A model generated the notes under the pieces. The model did no database searches. It had not been told where the DNA came from and saw only the letters and a list, made by a program, of their open reading frames with translations. Positions 1 through 10,274 of a stretch of DNA of 57,661 nucleotides are shown piece by piece. How positions within the stretch are numbered: the first letter of the stretch is position 1; the number at the start of each line of letters is the position of its first letter. The DNA is from Actinomycetota bacterium (lineage in GTDB: Bacteria; Actinomycetota; Actinomycetes; S36-B12): the NCBI GenBank assembly GCA_027729805.1, contig JAQCEO010000004.1:1-57661 (forward strand), written 5' to 3'. Both the position numbers and the translations under genes were made by a program.

Positions 1-843
1 TGGGATTGTCATAGCGGCACGTGGTCGCTGCAGGGTTTCTGCACGCAGCACCACATGGGTGCCACGTGAGGGGGTGATTACCACCTGGTCGTCAAAAGTC
101 TCGGCCCAAACTCCGGTAGCACTGATTACGTTTTTCGCGCGCACCTCGATTTGCTCATCGCCTTGGTTGACTACTCGGACCCCGGTGCCATCGGCCGATA
201 GGACTCGGTAACCGGTAAGAATTCGAGCGCCGTAGGCGGCTGCTGTTCGTGCTACGGCAACCACGAGGCGGGCATCATCTTCCAAAAGGCCATCCCAAGC
301 CAAGAGGCCACCCCGTAGGCGAGCACCGTCAATAGCCGGAACTAGCCTTCGGGTTTTCACTGGGCTGATGACCCGGGCCCCGGGCAAGACATGTCTACTG
401 ATTCGCGTTAGCGCTCGCAGCGCATCACCAGCGGCAAAGCCAGCACGCGTTAGCACCGCTGAGCCGAAGCTGGTGTCGTTCATGATGGGTATTACTTGGG
501 CGAGGGGTCGCACCAGATGCGGTGCGATTGTCCTCATCAAGTGGCCGCGTTCGACCGCACTTTCCCAAGCTACGTCAACTTGACCATTGGCCAAATACCG
601 CAGCCCCCCGTGCACCAACTTGCTGGACCACCTTGAGGTACCAAAGGCGAGATCCTGCGCTTCGAGGAGTAAAACGGAAAGTCCACGGGTGACGGCATCT
701 AGTGCTATTCCAACGCCGGTAATCCCGCCACCAATGATAATTATGTCAAAAACCGTTGTAGCTAGGGCGCTTTCGTCCTCGAGGCGGCGCTCTGGGGAAA
801 GGTCCGCCCGCCTATCACCTATCTGGAGAAAGTCCGTGCCCAT
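1..843 (-). CDS. glpD: FAD-dependent glycerol-3-phosphate dehydrogenase, N-terminal part (runs off window start)
   Basis: Manual translation of the minus frame from ATG 843: DIIIIGGGITGVGIALDAVTRGL...DLAFGTSRWSSKLVHGGLRYL...DDARLVVAVARTAA. Not in the ORF track because there is no stop inside the window. Confidence 0.9.
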   Translation of the reverse strand, partial: MGTDFLQIGDRRADLSPERRLEDESALATTVFDIIIIGGGITGVGIALDAVTRGLSVLLLEAQDLAFGTSRWSSKLVHGGLRYLANGQVDVAWESAVERGHLMRTIAPHLVRPLAQVIPIMNDTSFGSAVLTRAGFAAGDALRALTRISRHVLPGARVISPVKTRRLVPAIDGARLRGGLLAWDGLLEDDARLVVAVARTAAAYGARILTGYRVLSADGTGVRVVNQGDEQIEVRAKNVISATGVWAETFDDQVVITPSRGTHVVLRAETLQRPRAAMTIP

Positions 844-861
844 ATGTGTCAGGCTTTCACA

Positions 862-2520
862 GTGACCGTCAACCCCCATGCACCGACCCCGGACCTTATC
901 GATCGGTTCACCAGGTGGGGGCGCCCTGGCACTCCGGTGAGCCTCAGCGGTCCCGCCCAGCAATTCCTAGCGGCCAAAGTTGGGGTGGCAATCTCGACTT
1001 CAGGTGCGCCGGTGGCACCAATCTCGGTCCCGCCATCAAGACTCCCAAAGCCGGCTCTTGATGCGCTCAGCGCGGCTGTTGGCGTGCCGCAGGTGCTACT
1101 TGATCCCATGGCAAGGTTCATGCACAGCCGCGGGATGTCCTATATCGACATGCTGGAACGCCGAGCGGCTGACCTCACCAGTGTCCCTGATGCCGTGGTG
1201 CAGCCAGCAAACCATGACGAGGTATTGGCCGTACTTCAGGTCTGCTCGAAGTACCGGATTTGCGTGGTGCCTTATGGCGGGGGTACTTCGGTGGTCGGTG
1301 GTGTTACGCGCCCGGCAGACGTGATGGGGATCGTCATCAGCCTAGATCGACTTGGCGACCTCATCGCCCTCGATGAGGTCTCGGGTCTAGTTCGGGTGCA
1401 ACCTGGTATTACCGGACCGGTCCTTGAACGTTTATTGGGCGAGCGTGGGTTCACCCTAGGTCACCTACCTCAGTCATGGGAGCGGGCGACCATCGGTGGC
1501 TATGCCGCGACTCGATCGGCCGGGCAGGCATCAAGTGGCTACGGACGCATTGACGAAATGATTGAGTCGGTGACCCTCGCGACGCCAATCGGAACTTGGT
1601 CAGCCGGCCGGGTGCCGGCCAGCGCTGCCGGACCCAATCTGCTCCAGTTGGCACTTGGGAGCGAAGGGGCTTTCGGGGTCATCACCGAAATAACGCTAAG
1701 GGTGCGGCACACTCCGAAGGCGTGTCGCTATGAGGGCGCCATGGCGCCGTCGTTTGCGGCCGGAATTGCGGCCTGCCGTGAACTAGCTCAGTTGGGCTTA
1801 ACCGGGGCCGTACTGCGCCTTTCGGACGAGGCTGAGACGACCGCAACTCTTGCGATGTCAGGTCCGACCGGACTGAAGCGCAAATTATTCGACCGCTATT
1901 TATCCTTTCGTCAAGTTGGCGAAGGTGCGCTGCTGATTCTGGGCTGGGAGGAGCAGTCGGCGGTGCTGCTGGATGCGCGACGCGATGCTGCCTGGGCGGT
2001 GCTGAAGAAGTTTGGAGTGGTTTCGGTCGGTAAGGGAGTAGGTGCAGCCTGGAAGCACAGCCGCTACTTAGGCCCGTATCTGCGCGACACGTTGTTGGAT
2101 GGTGGTTATCTGGTCGAGACTTTCGAGACCGCCACATCATGGAATGCGCTGCCCAATCTTTATGAGGTTGCTCGGGCAGCAGCGCACCGGGTTTTAGCAT
2201 CGGATGGGCACGCCCCGTACGTAATGGCGCATATCTCCCATGTCTATGAGACTGGGGCATCAATCTACTTCACCGTAATCGATCGGGGTGGGCCCGAAGC
2301 GGTCGCGCGTTGGCGCGCGGCAAAGAAGTCCATTAGCGGGGCCTTGCAGCCGGCCGGGGGCACGATCACCCATCACCATGGCATCGGGCGCGATCATCAA
2401 CCCTGGTTGTTGGCAGAGATAGGCAGCATCGGCACCGAGTTGCTGCGAGCGGTGAAAGCCGAACTTGATCCGGCCCAGATCATGAACCCGGGGGTATTGC
2501 TGCGGGATGCAGATTCGTGA
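862..2520 (+). CDS. FAD-linked oxidase of the alkyl-dihydroxyacetone-phosphate synthase / VAO family
   Basis: PDAVVQP..HDEV, VPYGGGTSVVGGV, GHLPQSWERATIGGYAATRSAGQAS, C-terminal HHHGIG and NPGVL. ORF track starts at 844; GTG 862 preferred (CAGGCT -10 six nt upstream). Confidence 0.85.
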   Translation: MTVNPHAPTPDLIDRFTRWGRPGTPVSLSGPAQQFLAAKVGVAISTSGAPVAPISVPPSRLPKPALDALSAAVGVPQVLLDPMARFMHSRGMSYIDMLERRAADLTSVPDAVVQPANHDEVLAVLQVCSKYRICVVPYGGGTSVVGGVTRPADVMGIVISLDRLGDLIALDEVSGLVRVQPGITGPVLERLLGERGFTLGHLPQSWERATIGGYAATRSAGQASSGYGRIDEMIESVTLATPIGTWSAGRVPASAAGPNLLQLALGSEGAFGVITEITLRVRHTPKACRYEGAMAPSFAAGIAACRELAQLGLTGAVLRLSDEAETTATLAMSGPTGLKRKLFDRYLSFRQVGEGALLILGWEEQSAVLLDARRDAAWAVLKKFGVVSVGKGVGAAWKHSRYLGPYLRDTLLDGGYLVETFETATSWNALPNLYEVARAAAHRVLASDGHAPYVMAHISHVYETGASIYFTVIDRGGPEAVARWRAAKKSISGALQPAGGTITHHHGIGRDHQPWLLAEIGSIGTELLRAVKAELDPAQIMNPGVLLRDADS

Positions 2521-2539
2521 ATCCGCCGGCCGCTTTCCG

Positions 2540-3091
2540 TTAGCAATCGGGTGCTTCGGTGATGTCGGTCACCAATCGAACCTCGCGCAGAATTTTGTCA
2601 TCAGAGATGACTCGATCACGGTATGCCGAGTCTGGTCCCCAGCCACTTGAACTAAAAAATGTCCGGGTGATTTCATCAGTTAGCGGTAGCCATGTTACTA
2701 AGGTCGCGTTTCCGCTCGAGCGAACTTGTTCGACCGTCGCAGCAAGGAGCCTGGACCCGTGCCCCATGCGGGTGTAAGCCGGATCAACAACTAGGGCGAG
2801 CAGCTCCGCGGTGCCGCTGCTCACATCTGGGTCACCGCAGGCTCCGAAGGCCGCGTAGCCAACGAGCACATCGGCACCACTTGCGCCGTCCACCGCGACC
2901 ATGAGTCGGTGGCTTGCTGTCGGCGGGTTCAAAATTGCCGATGCCCAAGTCATGGCGAGTTCAACTGGATCTAGTGCGACCAGTTCGGCCGCGGGCAAGA
3001 TATCGGCGTAGTTGGCTCGCCATGAGCGCAGTTGTAACGCCGCAATATCGTCGACATCTGGGGTTCTGGCGGGTCGTACTCCGGTCGGCAC
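2540..3091 (-). CDS. GNAT family N-acetyltransferase
   Basis: Acetyl-CoA motif A LVVDPAYTRMGHGSRLL; N-terminal VRPARTPDVDDIAALQLRSW. GTG 3091 preferred over ORF start 3124. Confidence 0.8.
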   Translation of the reverse strand: MPTGVRPARTPDVDDIAALQLRSWRANYADILPAAELVALDPVELAMTWASAILNPPTASHRLMVAVDGASGADVLVGYAAFGACGDPDVSSGTAELLALVVDPAYTRMGHGSRLLAATVEQVRSSGNATLVTWLPLTDEITRTFFSSSGWGPDSAYRDRVISDDKILREVRLVTDITEAPDC

Positions 3092-3165
3092 CCGCCCATT
3101 GTGCCGCGCCACTCGCGCAGCCACATCTTGACCGCATCAGACCCACTGCCCGATAGGCTGGGCAG

Positions 3166-3891
3166 GTGGTTGAAATTCCCGGGCTAACTTTTCGCAGCGA
3201 TGTGACCGTTGAGTTAGTGCGTGCGGGTGCAAGTGATGCCGATGTGGTTTTCGCGGCCAGAGTATCAACCGCCGGTGAACAGTCTTTGGCAGATCTGCAG
3301 GCCGATCCGGCGGCCGCCAAGGGCCTGATCAGCTTCTTGATGCGTGAGCGGCACGGCAGCCCGTTTGAGCACAATTCCATGACCTTCTTCGTGCAGGCTC
3401 CGATATTCGTCTGGCGCGAGCACATGCGGCACCGCATCGCCAGTTACAACGAAGAGTCGGGGCGCTACCGCGAGTTGCAGCCGGTGTTCTATGTCCCAAA
3501 TCGTTTGCGCAATGTAGTGCAAGTTGGTAAGACCGGTGCCTACGAATTCCTGCCCGGTGATGATGCGCAGTACGAGCTGCTGGACTCCGCGATGCGCGAG
3601 TCTTGCGGTCAGGCCTATGTGGCTTATCAAGAGATGCTGGCCGCTGGCATCGCCCGCGAGGTCGCGCGTATGGTGCTTCCAGTTTCCATCTTTTCCAGTG
3701 CCTACGTGACCATGAACGCGCGGGCGCTGATGAACTTCATCTCCTTAAGGCGTAAAGACGAGGGCTCGCAGTATCCCTCGTATCCGCAGCGCGAAATCGA
3801 GATGGTGGCGGAGGAATATGAGGAGAAATGGGCCGAGTTGATGCCCCTTACCCACGCGGCGTTTGTTGCTGCAGGACGTGTCGCGCCTTGA
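3166..3891 (+). CDS. thyX: flavin-dependent thymidylate synthase
   Basis: HGSPFEH and RHRIASYNEESGRY (ThyX RHRx7S motif), AREVARMVLP. Confidence 0.97.
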   Translation: MVEIPGLTFRSDVTVELVRAGASDADVVFAARVSTAGEQSLADLQADPAAAKGLISFLMRERHGSPFEHNSMTFFVQAPIFVWREHMRHRIASYNEESGRYRELQPVFYVPNRLRNVVQVGKTGAYEFLPGDDAQYELLDSAMRESCGQAYVAYQEMLAAGIAREVARMVLPVSIFSSAYVTMNARALMNFISLRRKDEGSQYPSYPQREIEMVAEEYEEKWAELMPLTHAAFVAAGRVAP

Positions 3892-3906
3892 CGATAGCCT
3901 TAAGAC

Positions 3907-4818
3907 ATGCCCGGACCAAGTAGTTCCCGCCAGCCCTTCGGGGTCATGTTGACGGCGATGATCACCCCGATGCACGCCGACGGCAGCCTTGACCTAGTTG
4001 GGGCCCAGCGGCTGGCTTCGCACCTAGTCGATAATTTGGCTCACGATGGCCTGGTAATCAATGGCACGACCGGTGAAGCCTCGACCACCACCGATGCGGA
4101 GAATTTTGACCTGATCCGCTCTGTTGTTGAAGCCGTGGGTGATCGGGCGACGATAGTTGCCGGTGTGGGCACCAACGACACGGCCCATTCAGTGCAAAGC
4201 GCCAAGGGGGCACTGCGAGTGGGCGCCCATGGGGTTATGGCGGTCAGCCCTTACTACAACCGGCCACCGCAGGAAGGACTCGTCGCACATTTCAAGGCGG
4301 TTGCGGATGCAACGGACCTGCCACTAATCGTCTACGACATTCCCAAACGCACCGGGGTGGCAATCGAGACCGAAACTTTGGTCCGCATCGCCGAACACCC
4401 AAGGATTATTGCTTATAAGGACGCCAAGGGTGATCTTGATGCGAGCCAATGGGGGATGGCGCGCACTGACCTAGCTTGGTACTCCGGTGACGATATCTTG
4501 AACCTGCCGTTGCTGGCACTTGGTGCCGCGGGGATGATCTCGGTGGTGGGTCACCTTGTGGGTGATCGGCTCAAGGAGATGGCGAGCGCATACACCGCTG
4601 GTGATATCGCAACAGCGATTGAAATCAACAGGGGTTTGCTGCCGGTATACACGGGGGTATTTCGGGCCCAGGGCTTGATCTTGATAAAGGCCGCACTCGC
4701 CGAACTAGGTCTGCCGGCCGGCCCGGTGCGATTACCTTTGGTCAACGCGAGCAGGGAGCAGTTGGCGGTCCTACGCGCTGATCTTGCTGCTGGTCTGGTT
4801 AGCGGGTTCACCACATGA
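3907..4818 (+). CDS. dapA: 4-hydroxy-tetrahydrodipicolinate synthase
   Basis: GTTGEAST, SPYYNRP, YDIPKRTG, KDAKGD, YSGDD; thyX-dapA-rnj synteny. Confidence 0.97.
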   Translation: MPGPSSSRQPFGVMLTAMITPMHADGSLDLVGAQRLASHLVDNLAHDGLVINGTTGEASTTTDAENFDLIRSVVEAVGDRATIVAGVGTNDTAHSVQSAKGALRVGAHGVMAVSPYYNRPPQEGLVAHFKAVADATDLPLIVYDIPKRTGVAIETETLVRIAEHPRIIAYKDAKGDLDASQWGMARTDLAWYSGDDILNLPLLALGAAGMISVVGHLVGDRLKEMASAYTAGDIATAIEINRGLLPVYTGVFRAQGLILIKAALAELGLPAGPVRLPLVNASREQLAVLRADLAAGLVSGFTT

Positions 4819-6494
4819 GTCGAGGCGACCTACCAGCACCACCCGCGCTTCCAAGTGGTGGCCTGCGTATTTTCGCCCTCGGTGGGCTGGGCGAAATCGG
4901 CCGCAATATGACCGTTTTTGAATTCGACGGCCGGCTTTTAATAGTTGATTGCGGGGTGCTCTTTCCCGAGGAATCACAGCCCGGCGTGGATTTGATTCTG
5001 CCGGATTTTGGCCCAATTAAGGATCGACTTGCGGACATCGAGTGTGTGGTTCTAACCCATGGGCACGAGGATCACATCGGCGCGGTGCCCTATCTCCTGC
5101 GGTTGCGCGAGGATATTCCGCTGCTTGGCTCGCGGCTGACGTTGGCATTACTTGAGGCCAAGTTGAAGGAACATCGCATCAAGGCGGTAACACTTGATGT
5201 AAGGGAAGGCCAGCGCGAGAAATTGGGCCCATTTGCTCTTGAATTCTTGGCGGTCAACCACTCGATCCCAGATGCGCTAGCAGTGGCGATCACTACACCG
5301 GCCGGCGTCGTGCTGCATACCGGTGACTTCAAGATGGACCAAATCCCTCTAGATAAGCGAATAACGGATCTAAATGGTTTCGCGCGGCTTGGTGATGCTG
5401 GCGTTGACCTACTGCTGATTGATAGCACTAATGCTGAGGTTCCCGGGTTCGTGCCGAGTGAGCGTGACATCGTTCCGGTGCTCGATGCCGTATTTCTGCG
5501 GGCCGAAGGCCGCATCATCGTGGCCTCTTTTGCATCGCATATTCATCGGGTGCAGCAGGTAATAGACATGGCGGCCTTGCATGGGCGCAAGGTGGCATGG
5601 ATCGGAAGATCGATGATCCGCAATATGGACATTGCTCGAGATCTTGGTTATTTGAAAATCCCAGGTGGACTGTTGGTCGCGGTCGAAGATCTTGCTGATC
5701 TACCCGATGACGAGACGGTGCTGATCTGCACCGGATCACAGGGTGAGCCGATGGCGGTGCTATCTCGTATAGCCAATCGCGATCACCCGATCAGTGTCGG
5801 ACCAAGCGACACCATTGTGCTGGCTTCGTCACTGATCCCAGGCAATGAGAACGCGGTGTTTCGGGTTATCAACGGCTTGTCGAAACTCGGTGCGCACATC
5901 ATTCATAAAGGCAATGCTCTAGTTCACGTATCAGGTCACGCGGCAGCCGGTGAATTGCGCTATGTCTATAACATCGTAAAGCCTAGGCATGTGCTGCCGG
6001 TGCACGGCGAGTGGCGGCATATGCGCGCCAATGCTGAGATCGCCAAGGGTGTTGGCATTGCCGCCGATCGGATCTTGTTAGCTGATGATGGCGTGGTCGT
6101 TGATCTCGTTGACGGGCGCGCGTCGATCACCGGATATGTGCCAGTCGGCTTCGTCTTTGTGGACGGTTCCAGTGTCGGTGACGTCACCGAAACCTTGCTA
6201 AAAGACCGCCTAGTTCTGGGCGAGGAAGGCTTCATCTCGATCTTCGCAGCGGTCGACCTCATCGATTCAAAAGTTGTCGTCGGCCCGGAGATTCACGCGC
6301 GGGGCTTGGGTCTTGATGATGATGCGATGTCCCCGCTTCTCGAACAGGTGCGCGATGCCTTGGAGGAGTCACTTCGCCACGGCACGACCGACCCCCATGA
6401 GCTGCAGCAACTGGTACGGCGTCGGGTGGGCAAGTGGATTAGCGGAACCCATCGCCGGCGTCCGATGATCGTGCCGGTGATCGTCGAGGCGTAG
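4815..6494 (+). CDS. rnj: ribonuclease J
   Basis: LGGLGEIGRNM, THGHEDHIGA metallo-beta-lactamase motif, HTGDFK, GSQGEP, HVSGHA. Confidence 0.97.
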   Translation: MSRGDLPAPPALPSGGLRIFALGGLGEIGRNMTVFEFDGRLLIVDCGVLFPEESQPGVDLILPDFGPIKDRLADIECVVLTHGHEDHIGAVPYLLRLREDIPLLGSRLTLALLEAKLKEHRIKAVTLDVREGQREKLGPFALEFLAVNHSIPDALAVAITTPAGVVLHTGDFKMDQIPLDKRITDLNGFARLGDAGVDLLLIDSTNAEVPGFVPSERDIVPVLDAVFLRAEGRIIVASFASHIHRVQQVIDMAALHGRKVAWIGRSMIRNMDIARDLGYLKIPGGLLVAVEDLADLPDDETVLICTGSQGEPMAVLSRIANRDHPISVGPSDTIVLASSLIPGNENAVFRVINGLSKLGAHIIHKGNALVHVSGHAAAGELRYVYNIVKPRHVLPVHGEWRHMRANAEIAKGVGIAADRILLADDGVVVDLVDGRASITGYVPVGFVFVDGSSVGDVTETLLKDRLVLGEEGFISIFAAVDLIDSKVVVGPEIHARGLGLDDDAMSPLLEQVRDALEESLRHGTTDPHELQQLVRRRVGKWISGTHRRRPMIVPVIVEA

Positions 6495-6666
6495 CGACCC
6501 GCAGCACCCGAGCCCGCTCGTTCGGTCTTTTTGGCCATTTTTGATCGCCGGGCAGGTTTAACCGGGCCCGATCGCCGTAAATACGACAAAAAGGTCACCG
6601 CGACACGCACCAGTGGGGAGGGTGTGACTACCGGGACTGGTGGGTTTGGGTCGGTACGCTGCGAGG

Positions 6667-9207
6667 ATGGCTTCCCGCACGTCTGCTCCGGCGCGCTCGC
6701 GCACCGGGCGCGGATCTTCCCCCGCTAAAAAACGGCGAACCCACCGTGCCCCAGCGCCCAAAAGCGGGTCGGGGCCGGCAGCCCGTTTGATTTTTGCCAG
6801 CGGGCGGGCGGTCCGCGGTGGCTATTTGGCCGTGGCACATGGCATCGGCTTTGTCACTCGAAGTATCGGGTCTGGTGCCCGCGGTCTAGACCCGGCGCAG
6901 CGCCGAGATGGGCTGGCCCTATCTTTCATCGCCGCCGCCGCAATTTTACTGGCCGGTACCTGGTTTGGGGTTGCGGGATGGTTCGTGTCCTGGGCGGCCA
7001 TGTTGGCGCAGGCCCTATTCGGTGCGCTGGATTGGGTGTTACCGATCGTGCTGCTGGCCTTGGCCTGGCGCTACTTGCGGCACCCAGATAATGGAGCGAC
7101 GACCGGGCGCATGTTGATCGGGGGGGCAGCAGTGCTTGTCGCCCTAGTTGGCGGCTGGCACTTAATCGGTGGGGCGGCGACCCCAAGTGATGGCGCCGAG
7201 GCGATGAGTTCTGGCGGTGGGGTGATCGGCTGGGTGGCGACCGCACCCCTTGTTGCCGCGATCGGTCCAATCATCACGGGTCTTATTTACCTCCTGATCC
7301 TGATTTTTGGTGTCCTTGTTCTTACCGCGACCTCAATAAGTTCGGTACGCGCCAAACTTAGTGCTGGCTTTCGTGCGGTGGGCCGAATTGGCGCTATGGG
7401 CTCGGTATTTAAAAGGCGCAAACCCGCTCCGACGCTACCGGAGTTAGATTCGGACCAAGTCCTTGAGGAAATCGACGAAGACTTAGTCGAGGGCTTGGCT
7501 GATGGCTTTGCTGGAGATGAGCCAGTCACCACCCCGGTTGCCGAGGATGAGTTCCGGCCGGCGGCCGGCCTGATGGCCGGACTAGTTTCGACCAGCGCCA
7601 CCGTGCGCGCCGAGGTCGTAGCTGAGCCTGTTGACCATCCGGCCCGCCAGGAAACGGTCGCCCTTGCGCGTCCGGTGAATGCGGTATCGGCCAGTCGGGC
7701 GCCGCGGGTTGTTGAGCAGCTGCCGTTGGCGGGCAGTGTGGCTTATGTATTGCCGCCCGCGAACTTGTTGAAACCTGGCACCGAACATAAGACCGCTACC
7801 CGGGCAAATGATCAGGTCGTTTCGGCGTTGACCGAAGTGCTGGAGCAATTCGGCATTGATGCACAGGTGACCGGTTTCCTTCGTGGTCCCACCGTTACCC
7901 GCTATGAAATCGAGCTGGGTCCAAGTGTAAAGGTTGAGCGGGTCACGGCGCTGAGCAAGAACATCGCCTATGCGGTGGCCAGTGCCGACGTGCGGATCCT
8001 TAGCCCGATCCCGGGGAAGAAGGCAATCGGCATCGAGATCCCGAACTCAGACCGCGAGCTAGTTGCGCTGGCCGATGTCATACGCAGCAAAGCGTCGACC
8101 GGTGATCAGCATCCGATGGTGGGGGCGCTGGGTAAGGACGTCGAAGGTGGGTTCGTGGTCGCAAACTTGGCCAAAATGCCGCACCTCTTAGTTGCCGGCG
8201 CTACGGGGGCGGGTAAATCCAGCTGCATCAACGCCCTAGTTACCTCGATTCTCATGCGCGCAACTCCCGATGAAGTTCGCCTCATTCTGGTCGACCCAAA
8301 ACGGGTTGAGTTGAAGGCCTATGAGGGCGTGCCGCACTTGATAACACCGATCATTACCAACCCGAAAAAAGCCGCAGACGCGCTGCAGTGGGTTGTCAAA
8401 GAAATGGATCGCCGATACGATGATCTAGCCCATTACGGGTACCGCCATATCGACGATTTCAACAAAGCTGTAAAAAGTGGACGGGTGGAAGCACTCGCGG
8501 GCAGCGAACGCGTGTTGCACCCCTACCCATATCTACTGGTCGTCGTTGATGAGTTGGCCGATCTTATGATGGTGGCACCGCGAGATGTTGAAGATGCAAT
8601 CGTGCGGATCACCCAGTTGGCCCGCGCGGCCGGTATCCACCTGGTCCTCGCAACGCAGCGCCCGAGCGTCGATGTAGTGACCGGTTTGATCAAGGCAAAT
8701 GTCCCAAGCCGGCTGGCATTTGCCACTTCAAGCCTCACAGATAGTCGAGTCATCTTGGATCAACCTGGAGCCGAGAAACTTGTCGGCCAAGGCGACGGCT
8801 TGTTCCTACCCATGGGAGCGAATAAAAGCCAGCGTATTCAAGGCGCCTTTGTTTCGGAGAATGAAATCCGTGCAGTGGTGGCGCATTGCAAGGCGCAATC
8901 TGCGGCTGTCTACTTGGCTGAAGTGACCTCGGTAGCCAATGCTGGTGTCAAGGAAGTTGACGGTGATATCGGCAGCGACCTCGACGTGCTACTCCAAGCG
9001 GTTGAGTTGGTGGTGTCAACCCAGTTCGGATCGACGTCAATGCTGCAACGCAAGTTGCGGGTGGGGTTTGCTAAAGCCGGGCGGCTAATGGACTTGATGG
9101 AGTCACGTGGGGTGGTGGGGCCCAGCGAGGGCTCCAAAGCCCGGGAAGTACTGGTGAAACCAGATGAACTGCCGGAGATCTTGGCAATGCTCCGGGGCGA
9201 AAGCTAA
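6667..9207 (+). CDS. ftsK: DNA translocase FtsK
   Basis: N-terminal TM helices, Walker [10 protein letters not shown], Walker [21 protein letters not shown], gamma domain [24 protein letters not shown] 6667 preferred (TACGCT six nt upstream). Confidence 0.97.
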   Translation: MASRTSAPARSRTGRGSSPAKKRRTHRAPAPKSGSGPAARLIFASGRAVRGGYLAVAHGIGFVTRSIGSGARGLDPAQRRDGLALSFIAAAAILLAGTWFGVAGWFVSWAAMLAQALFGALDWVLPIVLLALAWRYLRHPDNGATTGRMLIGGAAVLVALVGGWHLIGGAATPSDGAEAMSSGGGVIGWVATAPLVAAIGPIITGLIYLLILIFGVLVLTATSISSVRAKLSAGFRAVGRIGAMGSVFKRRKPAPTLPELDSDQVLEEIDEDLVEGLADGFAGDEPVTTPVAEDEFRPAAGLMAGLVSTSATVRAEVVAEPVDHPARQETVALARPVNAVSASRAPRVVEQLPLAGSVAYVLPPANLLKPGTEHKTATRANDQVVSALTEVLEQFGIDAQVTGFLRGPTVTRYEIELGPSVKVERVTALSKNIAYAVASADVRILSPIPGKKAIGIEIPNSDRELVALADVIRSKASTGDQHPMVGALGKDVEGGFVVANLAKMPHLLVAGATGAGKSSCINALVTSILMRATPDEVRLILVDPKRVELKAYEGVPHLITPIITNPKKAADALQWVVKEMDRRYDDLAHYGYRHIDDFNKAVKSGRVEALAGSERVLHPYPYLLVVVDELADLMMVAPRDVEDAIVRITQLARAAGIHLVLATQRPSVDVVTGLIKANVPSRLAFATSSLTDSRVILDQPGAEKLVGQGDGLFLPMGANKSQRIQGAFVSENEIRAVVAHCKAQSAAVYLAEVTSVANAGVKEVDGDIGSDLDVLLQAVELVVSTQFGSTSMLQRKLRVGFAKAGRLMDLMESRGVVGPSEGSKAREVLVKPDELPEILAMLRGES

Positions 9208-9320
9208 TCAGTAACGCCTAACTGATAACGCTCCGCACGTGCCCTAACTGGCGGAGAATGGGTCTAGCGCACCCGCCCTACCCGGGTTATGCTTCGGCAA
9301 CGATGTAGACCGGAGGTGCG

Positions 9321-9560
9321 ATGGGCGTTGGGGTAATCGTCAAGACGGCCCGGGAGGCAAAGGGCGTAAGCATCTCGGACTTAGCGGTCGCAACCAAGAT
9401 TCGCGAGTCGATGCTGTTGTCGCTGGAAGCAGATGATTTTGCTTGTTTCGGTGGGACCGTCTACGTACGGGGCCACTTGAAGGTAATTGCGGCCTATTTG
9501 GGCTTGGATCCGTTCGAATTGTCAAATGAATTTGCTGTGAAATACGCCGACTCGTTTTAA
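9321..9560 (+). CDS. RodZ-type helix-turn-helix protein, HTH domain only (79 aa)
   Basis: AREAKGVSISDLAVATKIRESMLLSLEADDF...YVRGHLKVIAAYLGLD matches the RodZ cytoplasmic HTH; position between ftsK and rimO; SD GGAGG upstream. Confidence 0.8.
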   Translation: MGVGVIVKTAREAKGVSISDLAVATKIRESMLLSLEADDFACFGGTVYVRGHLKVIAAYLGLDPFELSNEFAVKYADSF

Positions 9561-9748
9561 TCGACCGGATTCCTACGGGTCACCTGCTGATGTGTCCGTG
9601 TGTGCTGCTGTCTCATGGACAGACAGTGGTGCACAGCAGGAGTCTTCAGCAGATTGCTACACGAATTGCTACGTCCCCAGATCCTCCTGTCTCCTGGGTC
9701 GTGCAGTCGCTCATGTACTCCGGTTGTGGGTGAGCAACGGTGATGCTG

Positions 9749-10192
9749 CTACTGGATGAGGTCGTCGCTGGAGACGGTGAGTTCGGCAAGGACATCGGGT
9801 ATGGGCGTGACGCCGAGTCCCGGTCCCGAGGCGACGGTCATCATGCCGTCGGCGTCCATGACGAACGGCTCGGTCACGTCGCGGTTGAAGAATCGCGAGG
9901 ACGAGCTCGTGTCGCCGGGCAGGGTGAAGCCGGGCAGTGACGTCAGGGCGACGTTCGCCGCTCGGCCGATGCCGGTCTCGACCATTCCGTCGCACCCGAC
10001 AGGAATGCCACGCGCGACCGCAACGTCATGGATCGCCTTGGCACTGAGGTAGCCGCCCACCCGGCCGGCCTTGATGTTGACGATCTCGCAGGCGCCGTAG
10101 TCGATCAGGTTCTCGGCGGTGTCGGCTGAGAGCACCGACTCGTCAAGGCACACCGGCGTTTGCATTCGTTCGGCGAGCATCCTGTGACCCAA
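9749..10192 (-). pseudogene. menC: C-terminal fragment of o-succinylbenzoate synthase / N-acylamino acid racemase (enolase superfamily)
   Basis: GHRMLAERMQTPVCLDES, VNIKAGRVGG, GMVETGIGRAANVAL, LPGFTLPGDTSSSSRFF, GPGLGVTP. The N-terminal ~60% is absent and WCGG reads GCDG. Confidence 0.8.
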
Positions 10193-10274
10193 GGGGTGGG
10201 CGTAGGCCAGAGCCGTTCGTGTGCCATCCTCGTTAGCGCCACTGCACCCGCCATCGGAGGAACGATAGTTCGCT

